From Chloroflexota bacterium (lineage in GTDB: Bacteria > Chloroflexota > UBA11872 > VXOZ01), in contig OZ219802.1 in assembly GCA_964291655.2 (NCBI GenBank), forward strand, positions 832,001 through 896,000: a DNA stretch of 64,000 bases, given 5' to 3'. How positions within the stretch are numbered: the first letter of the stretch is position 1; every line of letters begins with the position of its first letter. A program made the position numbers and the translations under genes. Positions 29,341 to 38,924 of the stretch are shown here, one piece after another. The notes beneath the pieces were generated by a model. The model searched no databases, was not told the DNA's origin, and was given only the letters and a program-made list of their open reading frames with translations.

Positions 29341-29789
29341 GTCATTCCGGCGAAAGCCGGAATCCAGTCTTCACCGCGCACACCCGAGATACCGCCCCGC
29401 GATCAACGTTGCAAAGCCAAGCAATTCGCGGGAAGGGCGTATTGAGGTGATCTTCTCCTTGTAGCGCGGGGGCTTGTCCCCCGCTCTTGAGATTGAGCAC
29501 AAGGGCTGAAGACTCGGTGGTAAAGTGTGGTTGTAAGCAGGAGAAGATGGATTCCCGCTTTCGCGGGAATGACGGACGGCGCGCCCCTCATGTTGCCCTC
29601 TCACCTCCGCTCATCTATAGGCCATCTTCAACGTACATATGTCGGATGATGCCCCTCTCCCTGTCCTCTCTCCCTCACTTGTAGCCCTTTTTCAAACACT
29701 CAAAAAACGGTTAGAGAGCCGACCACACTTCGCATTCCTAACTCTGCCCAAACCAAGACCATGGTCATTCCGACTTTCGCCGGAATCCA
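29341..29789. repeat. Cluster of GTCATTCC-N-GGAATCCA and GTAG-type REP-like palindromes
   Basis: GTCATTCCGGCGAAAGCCGGAATCCA 29341, GTAGCGCGGGGGCTTGTCCCCCGC 29461, inverse copy about 29548, third copy 29764; others at about 24107 and 35401-35621. Confidence 0.85.
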
Positions 29790-29799
29790 GTCTTCTTGC

Positions 29800-30909
29800 T
29801 CACACAATAGCCACTTCCTGCGGGATCGTCCCCAACCGCTCGAATCCATCTTCCCTAAGCACGTACATGTCCTCCTCGAGCCACGAGGACTCCAGCGAAA
29901 CGACGTTGTTCTCCGCAAACAAGATTTCCGGCCGCACGTCAACGGCGGACGGCAGCAAGCTGCCGATCAACGGTTCTTCATGTTTATCCATGCCCACGCC
30001 GTGAATCCACCAGGCATATTCATCAATGCCCCTAAACTCACGCTGGCAAGCGTCAAAGACCTCTCGCTTAGTCTTGCCGGGCCGTACGAAGTCTTCCATA
30101 AAGAGCTGCCGCTCGCGGTGCTCCCGCCAGACCGCCAAGCTTTCCTTGCGCGGCGTGCCGACGCAGAAGTTGAACTTCTGGTCGGAAAAATAGCCGGCAG
30201 AGACTGCAGCAAGGTCGACACGGTAAACCAGACCCGCTTCAACGACACCGGGGCTACGAATCACGGCGGCGTTCGGTTGCTCCCGCGAGCTCGTACCGCC
30301 GTGGGGCAGCATCCACGAGACCGGCGACGTGTTGATGGGCAAGGCCCCGTTATCCAGCACCGCTTTGGCCCATACGGTCACGAGGTCTTGAAAGGACATG
30401 CCCTCGCGAACTTCCTGCAGCATCTCGCGATAACCGGCCTCCGAGGCGGCAATTGCCTTACGGAGCCACCGAATCTCCTCCGGCGTCTTGCACGCCCGCG
30501 CCTCGGCGAGCAACAAGTCGGCGGAAACAAACGTGGCCCCCGGCAGCAATTCCTCAAGCCTTCGCAGATCGCTCACCGCGGCAAATTCCATATCCAGACC
30601 GATGCGCGCCCGCGCCAGCCCCCGCTGGTGCATTTGACTTGCGAGTTCCGCCAGCCGCGCCGCACGGGCATGGTCGGGCCCTAAGCTGTCAACCGGCAAA
30701 TCTGAATTCCTAAGCCGACCGCCAAACGTAAACGACCGGCCGGGGGGAATGAGACACGTCATCCACGGCGCCAACCCCTGCGGCTCATTGAGCCACGGCC
30801 CTTCGCTGACCGCGCCCGCCAGGTACGCGCAGTTGCGCATGCCCAGCGTGACCAGCGCATCGAGCCGCTGCTCCGCCATTGACCTCGTTATGCCCGCAAT
30901 ATCAGCCAC
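29800..30909 (-). CDS. M24 family (Xaa-Pro peptidase/creatinase-like) metallopeptidase
   Basis: RACKTPEEI, VDL...GYFSD, HGVGMDKHE, SLE and EEDM metal ligands. Confidence 0.85.
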   Translation of the reverse strand: MADIAGITRSMAEQRLDALVTLGMRNCAYLAGAVSEGPWLNEPQGLAPWMTCLIPPGRSFTFGGRLRNSDLPVDSLGPDHARAARLAELASQMHQRGLARARIGLDMEFAAVSDLRRLEELLPGATFVSADLLLAEARACKTPEEIRWLRKAIAASEAGYREMLQEVREGMSFQDLVTVWAKAVLDNGALPINTSPVSWMLPHGGTSSREQPNAAVIRSPGVVEAGLVYRVDLAAVSAGYFSDQKFNFCVGTPRKESLAVWREHRERQLFMEDFVRPGKTKREVFDACQREFRGIDEYAWWIHGVGMDKHEEPLIGSLLPSAVDVRPEILFAENNVVSLESSWLEEDMYVLREDGFERLGTIPQEVAIV

Positions 30910-31054
30910 ACAATTCCTATCTGATGAACGCTAGACTGCGTAAACTCACCCTTCGACAAGCTCAGGGCGAACGGATCGGCCCTTCATTGCTTGAATGCCC
31001 TTCTCATTCGCGCCCAGCCTGTCAAGAATTCACTCGTGCTAAGCCTGTCAGAAA

Positions 31055-31176
31055 CCGTTCGTGCTGAGCCTGCCCACTTCCGTTCGTGCTGAGCCTGCCC
31101 ACTTCCGTTCGTGCTGAGCCTGCCCAATTCCGTTCGTGCTGAGGGCTGCGCGAAGCCCCTGTCGAAGCATGAACGG
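31055..31176. repeat. 25-bp tandem repeat derived from the CCGTTCGTGCTGAGC REP family
   Basis: CCGTTCGTGCTGAGCCTGCCCACTT units at 31055, 31080 and 31105, fourth unit at 31130 running into a full REP; family also at 3424, 5725, 7432, 15249, 22204, 30949, 62354. Confidence 0.9.
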
Positions 31177-31192
31177 AAGTCCTTTGCCACAG

Positions 31193-33010
31193 CTAATTCA
31201 AGGTCTCCAACCAAATTGGGCTCGTCCACGCGCGATTGCCGTCCTGCTGCCGCACGCGCAGGTAGCAGTAGTGGACATCCATCGGTGAGTACCGCAGCGG
31301 CACCTCGTCCTCCAATTGCACGTGTTGCCGGCTGGGTGTGTAGCTTCTGACCGTGTCGCCATTCACAACCAGGTCGATCTGTTCGATGTCCGCCGTACCC
31401 ACCACGTCCGCCGTAAACGTGAATTGGCCTCCTTGCACCGTGGAACCTATCCAATTGTCGTTCACGCGAAAGTCAACGATCATGCGCACGCCGCTTGTCG
31501 CGTAGCAGCGCCGGTTGAAGAGCGCGTCGAAGATTGACGGCTTGTCTAACCGTTCCGCCCAGACGCCGGTGAGCCCGGCCACACCGGTCAGCGGCCCCGG
31601 TTCCTTGTAGGGATTGGCAGGCCGGCTGTCGTGGGTATCGCTTCCGCTCACGAAGCCGAGCTTCACGCCTTGCATCAGGTACTGATTAATCTTCTCCTCT
31701 TCCACCTCGCCGTCCGTTCTCTGCTTCTGAAATATCTCCGCCAGGTGTTCCTGGACGTAGAAGTGCGTATGGAAGTGACCGTGCATTAGCGCGCCCCGGC
31801 GCTTCATCTCGCGATAGAACTCTTGATAGTCGTTGCAGAAGACCGTATCCGGGTGAAAGCGCGCCTGGAGTTTCGGATCGTGTGCCGCGGGACGATCTTC
31901 GCAGAACACCGGCGGCTGTCCCACAATCTCCGGAAAGAAGGCATGGCGGTGGCTACCGTCGGGAGTGGTGCCGAATTCCGCCGAAGGCAGCGCGACGAAC
32001 TCCCCGGGCAGGTCGTACTGCTGCCACGCATCCTGGAGCTTTTCCCACGTTTCTTTGATAGAAATACTGTAGGAGAACAACTGGCCGCCGGCAAAGTCGA
32101 GGTCATTCACATCTTTGCCCCAAGCAAAGTGTTCCTCGATGGGCCGCTGGCTGAAGAGCATGCCGTGGGGATCGCCCCAATAGAGCGAGAGGGGCGGCGG
32201 CTCCTCTGCCACCCGTACCGGGTTGCTCACCGCCTCGATGCCCCGATACGACGCCGTAACACAGTCAACCGGCCCCCGCACGGGAATCGTCCCTGCGGCG
32301 CTAAACGAACTTAGCGCGACCGTTTTTTCGCCATTGCCGGACCGCAAGGTCACCTCTCCCTGGGCATCGCGTACCGGATTGCCAAACTTATCGGTGACGA
32401 CGACGCGCGTGGCCGCTTGCCCCGTGGTATGCGAAGGCGTGGTTACTTGCAGCGCCGCCGGTTCAGCCTCCCTGATCGTGAGGGGATTACTCTCCAGCAA
32501 GGATAGTTCCGCGTCCCGCGGCAGGAAGTAGTGGTGTTTGTCGCGTTCCGGGTGGTAGAACGTAAGCTCACCGGACGGGTCCTCGACCAGCCAAAAGCGG
32601 AAGGCGTCGATGGCATTGCGGGGGAGCAAGAAGCCGTCAGGGGCAGTGCGCAGTTGCACCGTTACACGCTCTGCGGCTTTCACTGCGCCCGCAACGCACT
32701 TCACGTGCACCACGTGGAGGAATTCAGGCGCCGGAGCATGGATATCAAACGTCCGCACCACGCCGCCAGCAACGAGCGCCTCGGCTTCCCACGCCGACCC
32801 CACCGGCCCGCGGACCGCTATGGAGTCCGGCCAAGCGAAGTTGAGCACCCACTCGTCAAGCTGGCGAATGTCAAAGAAGAACCAAAGATTCCCACCCGCC
32901 TGCAGACCGCCCGCCGGCGGCGAGTAGTGAAGCTGCAGCGTGACTGTTTCAGCAACTTGCAGCGGGCCGTCCACACTGACCCGGAAGCGTCCGCTCTGCC
33001 CCAAAGACAT
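31193..33010 (-). CDS. DUF3604 / PHP-like metallohydrolase (paralog A)
   Basis: SNPV...LYWGDPH, GSDTHDSRP, GLTGVWAE, RRCYATSG, YLRVRQQDGNRAWTSPIW. Confidence 0.8.
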   Translation of the reverse strand: MSLGQSGRFRVSVDGPLQVAETVTLQLHYSPPAGGLQAGGNLWFFFDIRQLDEWVLNFAWPDSIAVRGPVGSAWEAEALVAGGVVRTFDIHAPAPEFLHVVHVKCVAGAVKAAERVTVQLRTAPDGFLLPRNAIDAFRFWLVEDPSGELTFYHPERDKHHYFLPRDAELSLLESNPLTIREAEPAALQVTTPSHTTGQAATRVVVTDKFGNPVRDAQGEVTLRSGNGEKTVALSSFSAAGTIPVRGPVDCVTASYRGIEAVSNPVRVAEEPPPLSLYWGDPHGMLFSQRPIEEHFAWGKDVNDLDFAGGQLFSYSISIKETWEKLQDAWQQYDLPGEFVALPSAEFGTTPDGSHRHAFFPEIVGQPPVFCEDRPAAHDPKLQARFHPDTVFCNDYQEFYREMKRRGALMHGHFHTHFYVQEHLAEIFQKQRTDGEVEEEKINQYLMQGVKLGFVSGSDTHDSRPANPYKEPGPLTGVAGLTGVWAERLDKPSIFDALFNRRCYATSGVRMIVDFRVNDNWIGSTVQGGQFTFTADVVGTADIEQIDLVVNGDTVRSYTPSRQHVQLEDEVPLRYSPMDVHYCYLRVRQQDGNRAWTSPIWLETLN

Positions 33011-33305
33011 CGTCTCCGCTCCTTGGGCTCTACCGCTTGAAGTGACGGACTAACTGTATCCCCGTGCTACGGTATCGTATCACCAGCGTGGGTCCCGGCA
33101 GCCCGCACACGAGCGGACACTGCGGCCTCGCGATCAGACGCGGCGTCCACGCGCCGTAGCGGACTGACCCCTACCACTGCCCACCTGCTTTGATGACGCG
33201 CTCAATGCGCCAGGGCCCGGGGGAAACCTCTTCTCTTGCTATACTCCGCTCGTCTGCCCGCCACGGGATAGCACCCAAGCCCACCTGTCCATGTCTCCAG
33301 GCCGC

Positions 33306-35120
33306 CTAGGCCATGGACTCCAACCAGACCGGGCTCGTCCATGCGCGGTTGCCGTCCACCTGCCGCACACGCAAGTAGCAGTAGTTTGCGCCAACCGGCG
33401 AAAACCGCAACGGTACCTCGTCCTCCAACTGCACGTGCTGCCGATTGGGTGTGTAGCTCTTGGCCGTGTCTCCGTTTACCACCAGGTCAATCTGCTCGAT
33501 GTCTTCAGTCCCGACGACGTCGGCAGTAAAGCCAAAGCCGTCGGACTTTACCGTGGAGCCTATCCAACTGTCGTTCACACGGAAGTCCACGATGATGCGC
33601 ACGCCGGTGGTGGCGTAGCAGCGCCGGTTGAAGAGCGCATCGAACAGTGTGGGCCTATCCAGCCGCTCCGCCCAAACTCCCGTCAGTCCGGCGGGACCGG
33701 ACGGCCCCGGTTCCTTATAGGGATTCGCGGGCCGGTTGTCGTGCGTGTCGCTTCCGCTGACAATGCCGAGCCTGACGCCCCGCATCAGGAATTGGTTTAT
33801 CTTTTCCTCTTCCGTAACACCGTCTGTCTGCTGCTTCTGGTAGATCTCGGCCAGGTGTTCCTGCACGTAGAAGTGGGTGTGAAAGTGACCGTGAATGAGC
33901 GCGCCCCGCCGTTTCATCTCCCGATAGAACTCTTGATAGTCGTTGCAGTAGACGGTATCGGGATGGTACCGGGCGTGCAGTTTGGGGTCGTTGGCGGCTG
34001 GGCGGTCCTCACAAAAGACCGGCGGCTGTCCCTCAGGCGCGGGGAAGAAACCGTGACGGTGACTGCCGTCGGGACCGGTGGCGAATTCCGCCGACGGCAA
34101 GGCGACGAATTCGCCCGGTAGATCATACTTCCTCCATGCGTCCTGCAATTCTTCCCATTTCTCGCTTATGCAGATGCTGTAGGAAAAGAGCTGGCCCCCG
34201 GCGAAGTCGAGATCGTTTACGTCCTTGCCCCACGCAAAGTGCTCGACAATCGGGCGCTGGTTGAAGAGCATGCCGTGGGGGTCTCCCCAATAGAGCGAGT
34301 ACGGCCCGGTGTCTTTGTCAACGCGCACCGGGTTGCTCACGGCCTGGATATCCCCGTATACCGCCGTTACACGATCGGCAGGACCCTGCACCTGCACCGT
34401 ACCCTCAGCGCCGAAAGAATTGAGTACAGCAGTTGTTTCATCACCGCCGGTACGCAGGGCAACTTCTCCTTCCGCGTCGTGGACAGGATTGCCAAACCTA
34501 TCCGTAACGACGACCCGTGTCGTTGCTTGTCCCGCGGCAAGAGAGGGAGTGGTCACCTGCAACACAGCCGGTTCGGCGGCAGTAATCGAGAGCGGGTTAC
34601 TCTCCAAAACCGAGAGTTCCACCTCGCGCGGTAGAAAGTAGTGATATTTTTCGCGGTCGGGATGGTATAGCTCGAGTTCTCCAGCCAGGTCTTCCACCAA
34701 CCAGAAGCGGAAGGAGTCGATGGCATTTACCGGCAGCAGGAAGCCCTCGGGTACGCTGCGCAGTTCTACGGCAATCTGCTCGCCTTCCGCGACCGAACCG
34801 CTAGCGCACCTCACGTGCACCGCATGGAGGAATTCGGGCGCTGGAGGATGAATATCAAACGTCCGCACCGTGCCGCCGTTGACGAGCGCCTCTGCTTCCA
34901 AGGAAGTTCCAGCCGGCCCCTCGACAGTGATACCGCCCGATGCTTCAAATGCGTGCCTGCGATCGCCAAACTGACGGATGTCGTAGAAAAACCAGAGGTT
35001 GCCACCGGACTGCATGCCGCCAGCAGGAGGCGTGTAGTGCAACTTCAGAGCCACAGTCTCCGCAACCTGCAGCAGCCCTTCCGCACTAACCTGAAACCGT
35101 CCGTTGGCACTCGCAGACAT
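33306..35120 (-). CDS. DUF3604 / PHP-like metallohydrolase (paralog B, close duplicate of A)
   Basis: Co-linear with 31193-33010 over the full length, same motifs. Confidence 0.8.
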   Translation of the reverse strand: MSASANGRFQVSAEGLLQVAETVALKLHYTPPAGGMQSGGNLWFFYDIRQFGDRRHAFEASGGITVEGPAGTSLEAEALVNGGTVRTFDIHPPAPEFLHAVHVRCASGSVAEGEQIAVELRSVPEGFLLPVNAIDSFRFWLVEDLAGELELYHPDREKYHYFLPREVELSVLESNPLSITAAEPAVLQVTTPSLAAGQATTRVVVTDRFGNPVHDAEGEVALRTGGDETTAVLNSFGAEGTVQVQGPADRVTAVYGDIQAVSNPVRVDKDTGPYSLYWGDPHGMLFNQRPIVEHFAWGKDVNDLDFAGGQLFSYSICISEKWEELQDAWRKYDLPGEFVALPSAEFATGPDGSHRHGFFPAPEGQPPVFCEDRPAANDPKLHARYHPDTVYCNDYQEFYREMKRRGALIHGHFHTHFYVQEHLAEIYQKQQTDGVTEEEKINQFLMRGVRLGIVSGSDTHDNRPANPYKEPGPSGPAGLTGVWAERLDRPTLFDALFNRRCYATTGVRIIVDFRVNDSWIGSTVKSDGFGFTADVVGTEDIEQIDLVVNGDTAKSYTPNRQHVQLEDEVPLRFSPVGANYCYLRVRQVDGNRAWTSPVWLESMA

Positions 35121-35230
35121 TACTCACCGCCACCTTTCATCCAACTGCTTGAATTCCCTTGAATTCGGCGCTATTGCCCTGCGGTATCGTATCACAGCAT
35201 GGGGCAGAGCGCTCTAGCGTATTGCCGGTT

Positions 35231-35258
35231 GTAGGGGCGGTTCGCGAACCGCCCCTAC
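35231..35258. repeat. GTAG-type REP palindrome
   Basis: GTAGGGGCGGTTCGCGAACCGCCCCTAC; second copy at 40399-40426. Confidence 0.85.
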
Positions 35259-35752
35259 GCAGGACTGCAAGCCCACGCTTGAATACATGCAGGCACAGCA
35301 TAAAACGGAGAGGAAGGATTCCGCGCCGTTTACACGAGAATCACCATGGCCTTACATAGGCCGCACAGGGGATTGAAGAGCGGCGGCTGGCTTCCTGACC
35401 GTCATTCCGGCGAACGCCGGAATCCAGGGAGTGGGCGACGAAGTTAGATTCCGCGCCCCCACGCGGGGCGAATTCTCGCGGGAATGACGGAAGTCCTTCG
35501 TCTCCGCCGTAGCGCGGGGGCTTGCCCCCCGCTCCTGTGCGTGAGCATGAGGGCTGAAGACCCAGTGGTGATGTGTGGTTGAAGGAAAGTGAAGATGGAC
35601 TCCCGATTGCGCCGGAATGACGGACGACGCGTTCCTCGCGCTACCCTCGCACCTTCGCTCATCTATAGGCTTTACTCAACATACAAATGACAGAATTCAC
35701 ATCCACTTGAATGAATATCGCCAACGTTCAGAGGGCAAGCTGTGCAAAAAGC

Positions 35753-37303
35753 TTAGAAGACGCGGCGGGCGTCTTCAATCCAAATGGGGCTCGACCACGC
35801 CATCTCGCCGTCTTCCTGCGTTACCCGCACGTAGTACCAGTCGGCACGGTCTTGGGGCATGTCCAGGTCATCCAACGAGAAGACGCACTCCCAACCAGGC
35901 TCTTCCACAACGTGCCAGTCGTGATTGTTCTTGACTACCACCACTTTGGCAAGCGGCGCGGTGCCGTGGACGCGCACCCGCATTTGTTTGGGCGGCGTTT
36001 GCACACTGATCGTCTCGCCCATGGGCTGGTTGTCCACGCTGAAATCAAGCAGGATGCGCACACCGGTGGTGCCGATGGTGCGGCGGTTCCAAAGCCCGCT
36101 GAACATGGCGTCGCGCTCGCGGCGGCGCGACCAGAGTCCCGTCATACCGGCGTGGTGGTTGAACGTCGTCAGCTTAATGGGCAAGTGCGCAATCTGCACG
36201 CTGCTCGTGGGGCGGCCGTCGTGACTCTCGCTGCCACCCACAAAGCCAAACCGGAAGCCCTGCCGCAGCCCGTCCTGCAAGAAATGCCCAGTGGCCTCGA
36301 AAGGAGGATACTCCGCTTGGGGTTCGTCCCATTGCGTCCGTTCATTCCTCCCCTTGAGGGCGTAGGGCTCGCCCTCGTGCTCGCTGCTGCCCCAATGGCT
36401 ATAGACTTCCATAAGTCGCTCGAACTCCGGGTCCATGGTCTCCCAATTGTGCCAGATGCGATTGCCCAGGCGGGCGGGGTGATGGGGTATCGAAAGAATG
36501 TCCCTGCCGGTTCGGGAAAGGCTTCTGAAGACGTTGAAGAGGTCCTGCGGCGTGTTTGATCCTTTCCAGTTGCTGGAGATGAGCGGCATGTCGCCGTGCC
36601 GAAAGATCACGTTGCGGTGGCCGCAGTCGGCGTCCGGCCCCCGGTTCCACGACCACTCGTAACCCAGCAGCGTCACGAACCGCTCCGGTTGGTTGAAGTA
36701 CTCCGCGCCTTCTTGTATTTCGCGCCATTCATCCGTGCTCAGCGCGTAGTCGTGGTCGGTCAGCGCCGTGAAGTCCAAGTGCACCACGTCGCGGGCAAAA
36801 CGGTACACCTCATCGACGGTAGCGGGTCCATAGCTCCACAAGAGAGGATCGGTGCGCTTGCGGCTGGGGTTTTCCAAGCGGTGGCAATGCAGGTCGCCCC
36901 AATAGAGCTTGTGGTCGCCTTTGTACATGAACGCAGGCGCCCAGGCGGGATTGCTGATGGCTTCGATGCCGGTCTCGCGATCTCGCGCGCGCACGCGAAA
37001 GACTCGATCTTTCTCCGCAACCGCACCCCGCACGGCATGATGGCTGTCGTACTCCGGCAGCATCGGCACATCTGCCGGGACCTCACCGCTTGCTCCCTCT
37101 AGAGACAACTCAAGACGGGCGCTCTGCTGCGGTAGGTGGAACCCCCACCTATCCCGCAATTCAAGGCCGATCGCGAATTCGCCGTTGCTCACGTCCGGCG
37201 GCACTATGCTGGGCACGGTCACGCGAATTTCCGCTAACTCCGGTGTTCCCTGGTAGTCCAGCGGCAGCCGAATGAGGTTTTGATCAAATTCCTCTGCACT
37301 CAT
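35753..37303 (-). CDS. DUF3604 / PHP-like metallohydrolase (distant paralog C)
   Basis: WGDLHCH, LTDHD, GYEWS, GHRNV, IPHH, GGSESH, YYVRVTQEDGEMAWSSPIW; GAGGAG RBS. Confidence 0.85.
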   Translation of the reverse strand: MSAEEFDQNLIRLPLDYQGTPELAEIRVTVPSIVPPDVSNGEFAIGLELRDRWGFHLPQQSARLELSLEGASGEVPADVPMLPEYDSHHAVRGAVAEKDRVFRVRARDRETGIEAISNPAWAPAFMYKGDHKLYWGDLHCHRLENPSRKRTDPLLWSYGPATVDEVYRFARDVVHLDFTALTDHDYALSTDEWREIQEGAEYFNQPERFVTLLGYEWSWNRGPDADCGHRNVIFRHGDMPLISSNWKGSNTPQDLFNVFRSLSRTGRDILSIPHHPARLGNRIWHNWETMDPEFERLMEVYSHWGSSEHEGEPYALKGRNERTQWDEPQAEYPPFEATGHFLQDGLRQGFRFGFVGGSESHDGRPTSSVQIAHLPIKLTTFNHHAGMTGLWSRRRERDAMFSGLWNRRTIGTTGVRILLDFSVDNQPMGETISVQTPPKQMRVRVHGTAPLAKVVVVKNNHDWHVVEEPGWECVFSLDDLDMPQDRADWYYVRVTQEDGEMAWSSPIWIEDARRVF

Positions 37304-37628
37304 GGCGTTGCTCCTCAGCATATTTGCAGGTGACGTCTTCAGATGGCCAGACCTGAACCTAAGTGGCTAGACCTTCTAAGCTCATTGTGTATCAGTATTT
37401 TGTGCTACCGACAAAAAACTACCCTAACCGAAACTGTACCCGTACTGTTATCCATTATTTGTGGTAGTTCTCACACACTGCTAGCATTGTGTGGAGAAAG
37501 TCTGTTAGGTACAAAGGGACTTGACCAAGCCGATGATTAAATGCAGTCGATTCTTGGATTTCGCTCCTCTGCACACATCGGATTGAATCAAGTGCCCACC
37601 TCAATGAGCTTCGCAAGGAGAAATTTAT

Positions 37629-38327
37629 ATGCGAACAATCGTTCGCCGTTCCCTCTTCCTCGTTGCCATGTTGCTGATACTAACACCAGTAGCAATCTTC
37701 GCCCAAAGTGAAACGGCAAGGCAGTTCGTAGAGTTAGTCTTCTCTGAGGACGAATCGTCGGTCTCGATCACAGAGACAATAAGCAGCTCCGCACGCGTTT
37801 CATTCACACACGACGGCCAGGACTACGTGATGAGGGTGCCAGTCACAATCGAAATTGATGAGACTATTCCAATCGCAGATAGCGTGAGTGCAACCGACTC
37901 TGCAGCGCGTGTAGGCGTATTCGCGTTTACAGTGGTTGAAACGGTCGAGGGAAACTCGATGAAGATCGGTTACGATACCTTGCAAGCTGGGGATGAAAAC
38001 AAACTCGTTGCTGTGGACTTTAATCTGACGAACCTTAGCGATGAAACTATGGAGTTTGCCCACTGGTTCAGGACATATGGCGATCATTCCCATGGAGAGC
38101 GAGTGTTCGGTCTAGACGACATGGGGCGCCGCTTTGAACCGGAGATGATCTTTGGCTGCGCCGAGGTTAACCCGGGTAGTACCGAAAAGTGCACAGTTGT
38201 CTTTGAAGTAGGAGAAAGTGTGACTATTGTGCAGCTCGAAGTCAATGCGATAGATAAGGGCGTGGTTCCAGTGTCCGCGGCTGAAGAAAAAGAAGATGCA
38301 GAAGGGGTCGAGGAGGATGACTCGTAA
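37629..38327 (+). CDS. Secreted acidic hypothetical protein, possible DUF4352-like Ig fold
   Basis: Signal peptide (AIFA-Q), VAVDFNLTN..., EVNPG....VVFEV pattern; AAGGAG RBS. Confidence 0.65.
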   Translation: MRTIVRRSLFLVAMLLILTPVAIFAQSETARQFVELVFSEDESSVSITETISSSARVSFTHDGQDYVMRVPVTIEIDETIPIADSVSATDSAARVGVFAFTVVETVEGNSMKIGYDTLQAGDENKLVAVDFNLTNLSDETMEFAHWFRTYGDHSHGERVFGLDDMGRRFEPEMIFGCAEVNPGSTEKCTVVFEVGESVTIVQLEVNAIDKGVVPVSAAEEKEDAEGVEEDDS

Positions 38328-38698
38328 TGTTTGATAGGCTAGTTGGTAACGCTGGCGTTCTCTCAATAGAAGCTATGGAGAATGACTTCGCGCAACTGCT
38401 AGCGGAAGACGAGGAATTCCAGATCGGATTCAACGTGATGCGGGATACATTTCTCTTTACTGATCGGCGACTGGTGCTTGTAGATGTGCAGGGCATGACG
38501 GGCAGGAAGAAGGAATTCCTCTCCATCCCCTACGACAAGATCACCATGTATAGCGTCGAATCCGCCGGCTTCCTCGACCGTGATGCAGACTTCAAGCTAT
38601 GGGTTGGCAGCAATCCCAATCCAATCGAAAAGAAGTTCAATAAGAGCGTGGACATCTATGCCATTCAGCAGGTGCTCGCAGCCAAGTCGAAACGATAG
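38327..38698 (+). CDS. Bacterial PH domain protein (bPH_1)
   Basis: RDTFLFTDRRLVLVDVQGMTGRKKE..SIPY..I..YSVESAG..D.DA. Confidence 0.9.
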   Translation: MFDRLVGNAGVLSIEAMENDFAQLLAEDEEFQIGFNVMRDTFLFTDRRLVLVDVQGMTGRKKEFLSIPYDKITMYSVESAGFLDRDADFKLWVGSNPNPIEKKFNKSVDIYAIQQVLAAKSKR

Positions 38699-38830
38699 GT
38701 CGGATTCTGTAGCTTAGGGGCACGGTTGCCGCGGTTCCTGGAGAACACCAGACTTCCCCACACGGAGGCTTCACGACAGCCAACGCGCACTCCCCTTGCC
38801 AAATCCCCTCAGCAAAGGCAGTACATATAC

Positions 38831-38876
38831 AAAAGAAGCACCTGGCGCCTCGTAGTCGTGGGCGCCAGGTGCTTCT
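38831..38876 (-). terminator. Rho-independent terminator of the solute-binding protein gene
   Basis: 16-bp perfect stem AGAAGCACCTGGCGCC / GGCGCCAGGTGCTTCT with a T-run on the minus strand. Confidence 0.8.
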
Positions 38877-38924
38877 CTCAATTCCATGCAAGCGACTACC
38901 CGCGTAGCCTCTCGTGAATGGTTC

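Noticed and set aside
29265-29381. Longer N-terminus (MRGEDWIPAFAGMT...) of the S8 gene as a prodomain
   Set aside because: WIPAFAGMT is the translation of a REP palindrome; a good RBS precedes ATG 29264
31055-31176. Possible CRISPR array
   Set aside because: The 25-bp units are contiguous with no unique spacers, derive from a dispersed REP family, and no cas genes are present
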